A stretch of DNA of 40,339 bases. Source: Thermoplasmata archaeon. GTDB taxonomy: Archaea > Thermoplasmatota > Thermoplasmata > Thermoplasmatales > Thermoplasmataceae. The stretch spans positions 1 through 40,339 of the forward strand of contig JAKAYB010000001.1 in NCBI GenBank assembly GCA_021826925.1, given 5' to 3'. This document shows, piece by piece, positions 36,660-40,339 of this stretch (positions within the stretch are counted from its first letter, which is position 1; the number at the start of each line of letters is the position of its first letter). A program made the translations under genes and the position numbers. The notes beneath the pieces are model-generated. The model saw nothing but the letters and a program-made list of their open reading frames with translations, made no database searches and was not told where the DNA came from.

Positions 36660-38441
36660 ATGGTCAGATACAAGTGGATCGCACTCTCTAATACTACGAT
36701 CGGCGTTCTAATGGCATCAATCAATGGAACAATCACTCTCATCGCTTTACCTGCAATCTTCAGAGGAATAGACTTAAGTCCCACATCTCCTGGATCGTTT
36801 GTTTACCTTCTTTGGATACTTATGGGTTTCAATATTGTTACCGCGACTCTGCTGGTAACTTTCGGAAGATTATCAGATATGTTCGGTAGAGTGCGGTTGT
36901 TTAATATTGGTTTCATAATTTTCACTGCTGGATCTGTATTATTATTCATAACGCCTGGAAAAGGTGATGTTGGAGGAATGGAATTGATAGGCTTCAGAAT
37001 CATTCAAGCTCTCGGCGCTGCATTTCTTTTTTCCAATAGCACTGCAATCCTCACAGACGCTTTTCCAGTTGCTGAGCGTGGAAAAGCGATGGGGATAAAT
37101 CAGGTTGCGGCGCTTTCCGGCTCCTTCATAGGCCTCATTCTGGGGGGAGTTCTTGCAATATTCAATTGGCGTTATGTATTCCTTGTGAGCGTTCCAGTGG
37201 GGATTCTTGGCGCAGTTTGGAGTAACCTGAAGCTCCGTGAAACGTCCTTAAGGCAGGCAGGTCAAAGAATAGATTATATCGGCAATACCAGTCTTGCGGT
37301 TGGATTGACTGTGCTCCTAATAGGCATAACCTACGGTCTTCTACCTTATGGAACCAGCACCATGGGTTGGGGCAACCCATTAGTCGTAGCGTCAATTGTT
37401 GTCGGCATCGCGTTAATAGTTGCATTTCCATTTATTGAACTAAAAGTTAAGCATCCTATGTTCAGAATGGAGCTTTTCAAGAACAGGGCGTTTTCTATGG
37501 GTAACCTTGCCGCACTCACATCCTCTCTTGCTCGCGGGGGTGTAATGATAATACTGATAATTCTTTTGCAGGGAATCTGGCTTCCACTTCATGGATATTC
37601 TTATGCTGTAACTCCGTTTTGGGCCGGCATATATATGGTTCCAATGACCGCAGGATTTATAGTCATGGGGCCATTGGCGGGTACACTCTCAGACAGGCAC
37701 GGCGCACGAGTACTCTCCACGCTTGGAATGATAGTAGTTGCAGTTGCTTTCCTTGCACTCACATTTCTCGGTTATGATTTCAATTATATCCCATTTGCTA
37801 TTGCATTGTTCGTGATGGGTATAGGAAATGGACTTTTTGCTGCACCCAATACGGCTTCCATTATGAATTCTGTTCCTGCACATCTCAGGGGAGTTGCATC
37901 TGGCATGAGATCGACAATGCAGAATGCTGGTATGACCGCCAGTATGGGAATATTCTTCACCATTGTTCTTTTTGGCCTTTCTAAAGGGCTCCCAACAACT
38001 TTGTATCCAAGGTTAATCTCTGCGGGTATAGCAAATTCTATAGCCTCGACCCTGTCTGTACACTTTCCCCCGACAGTTGCTCTCTTTTCGGCATTCCTAG
38101 GCGTCGATCCTATACGTTCAGTACTTCAGGCTCTCGGTATTTCGATTTCTTCTCTGGGACCGGGTTTTGCTATAATAGATAAACCGGTGTGGTTTGCAAC
38201 CTCCATAGCACCATCGTTCATGTCCTCTCTCAGGATAGCTTTTTACATAGGCCTGATTCTTTCACTTTCAGCTGCTGTACTTTCGATATTTAGAGGAAAA
38301 AAATATGTATCGGAGGAAGCTTTATACAGTTCAGACGAAAATGAAATAAGCAATACAGACCTAAAGAGCACAGTTAAAGATAGTAATGGGTCAATTGGTA
38401 GTTACAAACAGCTATGGAGAGAAAATGGGGGGAAAAAATGA
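36660..38441 (+). CDS. MFS transporter, DHA2/EmrB-like (14 TM) with hydrophilic C-terminal tail
   Basis: Contains motif [14 protein letters not shown], then [11 protein letters not shown] and [13 protein letters not shown]. It is a paralogue of the MFS gene at 1839-3242. ATG 36660 is preferred over TTG 36639. Confidence 0.85.
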   Translation: MVRYKWIALSNTTIGVLMASINGTITLIALPAIFRGIDLSPTSPGSFVYLLWILMGFNIVTATLLVTFGRLSDMFGRVRLFNIGFIIFTAGSVLLFITPGKGDVGGMELIGFRIIQALGAAFLFSNSTAILTDAFPVAERGKAMGINQVAALSGSFIGLILGGVLAIFNWRYVFLVSVPVGILGAVWSNLKLRETSLRQAGQRIDYIGNTSLAVGLTVLLIGITYGLLPYGTSTMGWGNPLVVASIVVGIALIVAFPFIELKVKHPMFRMELFKNRAFSMGNLAALTSSLARGGVMIILIILLQGIWLPLHGYSYAVTPFWAGIYMVPMTAGFIVMGPLAGTLSDRHGARVLSTLGMIVVAVAFLALTFLGYDFNYIPFAIALFVMGIGNGLFAAPNTASIMNSVPAHLRGVASGMRSTMQNAGMTASMGIFFTIVLFGLSKGLPTTLYPRLISAGIANSIASTLSVHFPPTVALFSAFLGVDPIRSVLQALGISISSLGPGFAIIDKPVWFATSIAPSFMSSLRIAFYIGLILSLSAAVLSIFRGKKYVSEEALYSSDENEISNTDLKSTVKDSNGSIGSYKQLWRENGGKK

Positions 38442-38893
38442 ATCGCGGAATAGAAATATGGCGTGAAATATCAACAATCAGTTCAAGACTTCTTCGTGAA
38501 TCAGAGAAACAGCTTAATGATAAGGGTATTTCTATAGTAGAATTTCGCATTTTGCGTGATCTTAACGAACGAGGAGATATGCCAATGGTTAAACTCGCCA
38601 AGCTAAATTTTATTACCCAAGGATGGACAACAAGCTTGGTTGACAGACTCGAGCAAAAAGGATATGTGCAACGTACAAGAAGTAGTCTCGATAGGCGCGT
38701 GATCAATATAAGTTCCACTGAAAAGGGCTCTGAATTTTATTCCACAATAAAATGCATACACGAGTCTTTTGTTAACGAATCGTTAAAATTCCTTACTGAC
38801 GAGGAAGAGAATACGCTTATGTTATTGCTTAAAAAAATAGACCTGAATCTGGAAAAAAGTTTTGATCTTATATCAGAGGTAAAGAATCACTGA
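38438..38893 (+). CDS. MarR-family transcriptional regulator
   Basis: Winged HTH: [55 protein letters not shown]. The ATG overlaps the MFS stop (ATGA). Confidence 0.85.
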   Translation: MNRGIEIWREISTISSRLLRESEKQLNDKGISIVEFRILRDLNERGDMPMVKLAKLNFITQGWTTSLVDRLEQKGYVQRTRSSLDRRVINISSTEKGSEFYSTIKCIHESFVNESLKFLTDEEENTLMLLLKKIDLNLEKSFDLISEVKNH

Positions 38894-39210
38894 GAATCGA
38901 TCTCCACAGTATAACCAATGGTTTCAAAAGATCGTGATGAAGCATCGAGTTCTCTCTTCAAGTCGTCGGGCAACTTACTGAAAGAAAAAGACACTATCTT
39001 CTTTGTACTGCTTGCAATAACGAAACCGATCGTCTTGTCGCTTGGGAGTATTTCATCAGTTCTGGCATAAGTTTCGATAAACTCGGTCAGTTCTTCTTCA
39101 GGATACGGACTCTCAAGGACCTCTTTCAACCCGTTCAAAGAATCGGTAAATCTAGACAATTCAACGCAGATGACTGAAGGGTGCATTGATCCTATGGCCA
39201 GATTGAACAT
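38887..39210 (-). CDS. Small protein related to the C-terminal part of the DUF3501-like ORF at 15550-16125
   Basis: It shares collinear motifs with the 15550-16125 product: EELTEFIETY..ILPSDKTI versus EEISDLIETY..LLPTERTL, and an identical KLPDDL. It lies 6-21 nt downstream of the peroxiredoxin stop. The start is ATG 39210 or TTG 39225. Confidence 0.55.
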   Translation of the reverse strand: MFNLAIGSMHPSVICVELSRFTDSLNGLKEVLESPYPEEELTEFIETYARTDEILPSDKTIGFVIASSTKKIVSFSFSKLPDDLKRELDASSRSFETIGYTVEIDSQ

Positions 39211-39231
39211 TACACATTCTGTCAATTGGCA

Positions 39232-39846
39232 TCATGCTTTTACTTTTGTGAGATACCATCTTTCTGCTCCAGGTTCTTTCAGTCTTTCCTCGGCATCCTT
39301 CATTGTTCCAGGAGCACTTTTAACCCCTGCATCACCAGGTTCCCAATCTACTGGAGTAGCAAGTTTCTTGTCCCAATTAAATTGAAGCGCTTTGATTACT
39401 CTGATAATCTCCTTTATGTTTCTTCCGGTCTCTGCAGGGTAATATATCATCCATCTTACTACCTGATTTGGATCGATGATGAAAACGCCCCTTACCGTTG
39501 CTCCAACCTTTTCATCCATGAGGTTGAATTCTTTAGCAACCTCTTTGTTGGGATCTGCAATAACAGGGAAGGGAATAGTAATCCCGAATTTCTCCTTTAT
39601 ATCTCTAAGCCACGCAATGTGGCTGAAAAGGCTGTCAACGCTCAATCCGATTAATTCAACACCAAGTTTCTTGAACTCATCATAATGTTCAGCAAATGCC
39701 ATAAATTCTGTAGTGCACACAGGAGTGAAGTCACCTGGATGGGAAAAGAGAAGGACCCACTTTCCTTTAAACTGGGAGAACGAAATTGGTCCCTGCGTCG
39801 TATTAACTGTCATATCCGGAATCTTTTGACCTAAATAAACTGCCAT
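39232..39846 (-). CDS. 1-Cys peroxiredoxin (Prx6-type)
   Basis: The peroxidatic site is HPGDFTPVCTTE. This is the only Cys in the 204-aa protein, so no resolving Cys is present. Confidence 0.9.
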   Translation of the reverse strand: MAVYLGQKIPDMTVNTTQGPISFSQFKGKWVLLFSHPGDFTPVCTTEFMAFAEHYDEFKKLGVELIGLSVDSLFSHIAWLRDIKEKFGITIPFPVIADPNKEVAKEFNLMDEKVGATVRGVFIIDPNQVVRWMIYYPAETGRNIKEIIRVIKALQFNWDKKLATPVDWEPGDAGVKSAPGTMKDAEERLKEPGAERWYLTKVKA

Positions 39847-39926
39847 TTTGTTTCACCGTGTACTAATCATCATTTGAGTAATAAGTTTTTAGATCGGTGC
39901 AACGAGGCACCTATAAGGGTACATAA

Positions 39927-40339
39927 TCACTTTTTAAGGGGTTCAACAACATCCATTATCCCTTCAAGAAGTTTACCTTTGGCGTTAAGAAGTTCCCGGC
40001 TATTTGTAAGGACCTTTACTATGATTATATATGAGGTCATTGTTGTCTCGTCCACCGCAAGCTTTGATTCGCCGGCATATCCGTCAACCTTCTCTATAAC
40101 TGAGATCAATTTTCCTCGAAGATTATCAAATCTTATGGTTTTTGGAACTTCGAACCTTACCTGAATCCACTGGCTTCCTTTCATAACAGTGAAAGAGGCT
40201 TGCATCAGAACCCCATTTGGAATTGTAACTGTATTTTCTCCTTCTAGGCGTATCTTTGTGTAGTTAAGAGTTATATTCTCCACTACTCCACTGTACCCTG
40301 AAGCCTCAAATCTGTCAACCGAAAAATACTTCGGGGCAA
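39927..40339 (-). CDS. Mechanosensitive ion channel (MscS family), C-terminal part; 5' end beyond the window
   Basis: The frame stays open to the window edge. The translation ...FSVDRFEASGYSGVVENITLNYTKIRLEGENTVTIPNGVL matches the MscS beta-domain pattern (G.V..I....T.ir..dg..v.iPN..l). Confidence 0.75.
   Translation of the reverse strand, partial: APKYFSVDRFEASGYSGVVENITLNYTKIRLEGENTVTIPNGVLMQASFTVMKGSQWIQVRFEVPKTIRFDNLRGKLISVIEKVDGYAGESKLAVDETTMTSYIIIVKVLTNSRELLNAKGKLLEGIMDVVEPLKK

Noticed and set aside
39226-39654. 142-aa plus-strand ORF (and the 71-aa ORF at 39170-39385)
   Set aside because: Both are antisense to the peroxiredoxin gene and its downstream partner ORF.
1-40339. CRISPR arrays, tandem repeats, IS elements, integrases, prophage or defence-island genes
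   Set aside because: Reading both strands, I found no repeat-spacer periodicity, no terminal inverted repeats flanking a transposase-like ORF, and no recombinase motifs. The tRNA-Leu gene has no adjacent integrase or direct-repeat duplicate of its 3' end.

Overview
This is an archaeal chromosomal segment of about 40 kb. It is moderately AT-rich, roughly 90% coding, and consists of tightly packed operons with many ATGA/TAATG/GTGA stop-start overlaps. Archaeal origin is supported directly by GatD/GatE, Alba, primase PriS and an 11-subunit Nuo operon without NuoEFG. A rubredoxin-less (sulerythrin-type) rubrerythrin, a surface-anchored S53 acid protease, ArsB and a long-chain prenyl synthase suggest an acidophilic Thermoplasmatales-like euryarchaeon; that assignment is inference only.

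Gene order:
- radical SAM/SPASM-like enzyme (-)
- DinB-like protein
- DHA2 MFS transporter (-)
- HtrA protease (-), divergent from an HxlR regulator
- AIM24/TIGR00266 protein
- tRNA-Leu(UAA) (-)
- small unknown ORF plus Lrp/AsnC regulator
- Alba
- polyprenyl diphosphate synthase
- ALDH7-like aldehyde dehydrogenase
- 1125-aa S53 peptidase (-)
- PriS
- rubrerythrin plus DUF3501-like protein
- acyl-CoA dehydrogenase, DUF72, gatD, gatE
- nuoABCDHI-J(split)-KLMN
- two coupled small unknown ORFs
- B12-binding-domain radical SAM protein
- arsB
- tatC-tatA (-)
- DHA2 MFS plus MarR
- 1-Cys peroxiredoxin plus a short DUF3501-related ORF (-)
- partial MscS (-)

I saw no CRISPR array, transposase, integrase, rRNA or obvious mobile element, so this reads as core genome rather than an accessory island.

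Most noteworthy observations:
1. Two unrelated peroxidase genes (a rubrerythrin and a 1-Cys peroxiredoxin, 23 kb apart) are each followed immediately by a member of the same uncharacterised DUF3501-like family.
2. Two translationally coupled orphan ORFs are attached to the 3' end of the nuo operon.
3. A membrane-tagged class-B-like radical SAM enzyme is a candidate tetraether-lipid modifier.
4. The S53 protease is heavily sequon-loaded and anchored by a C-terminal transmembrane helix.
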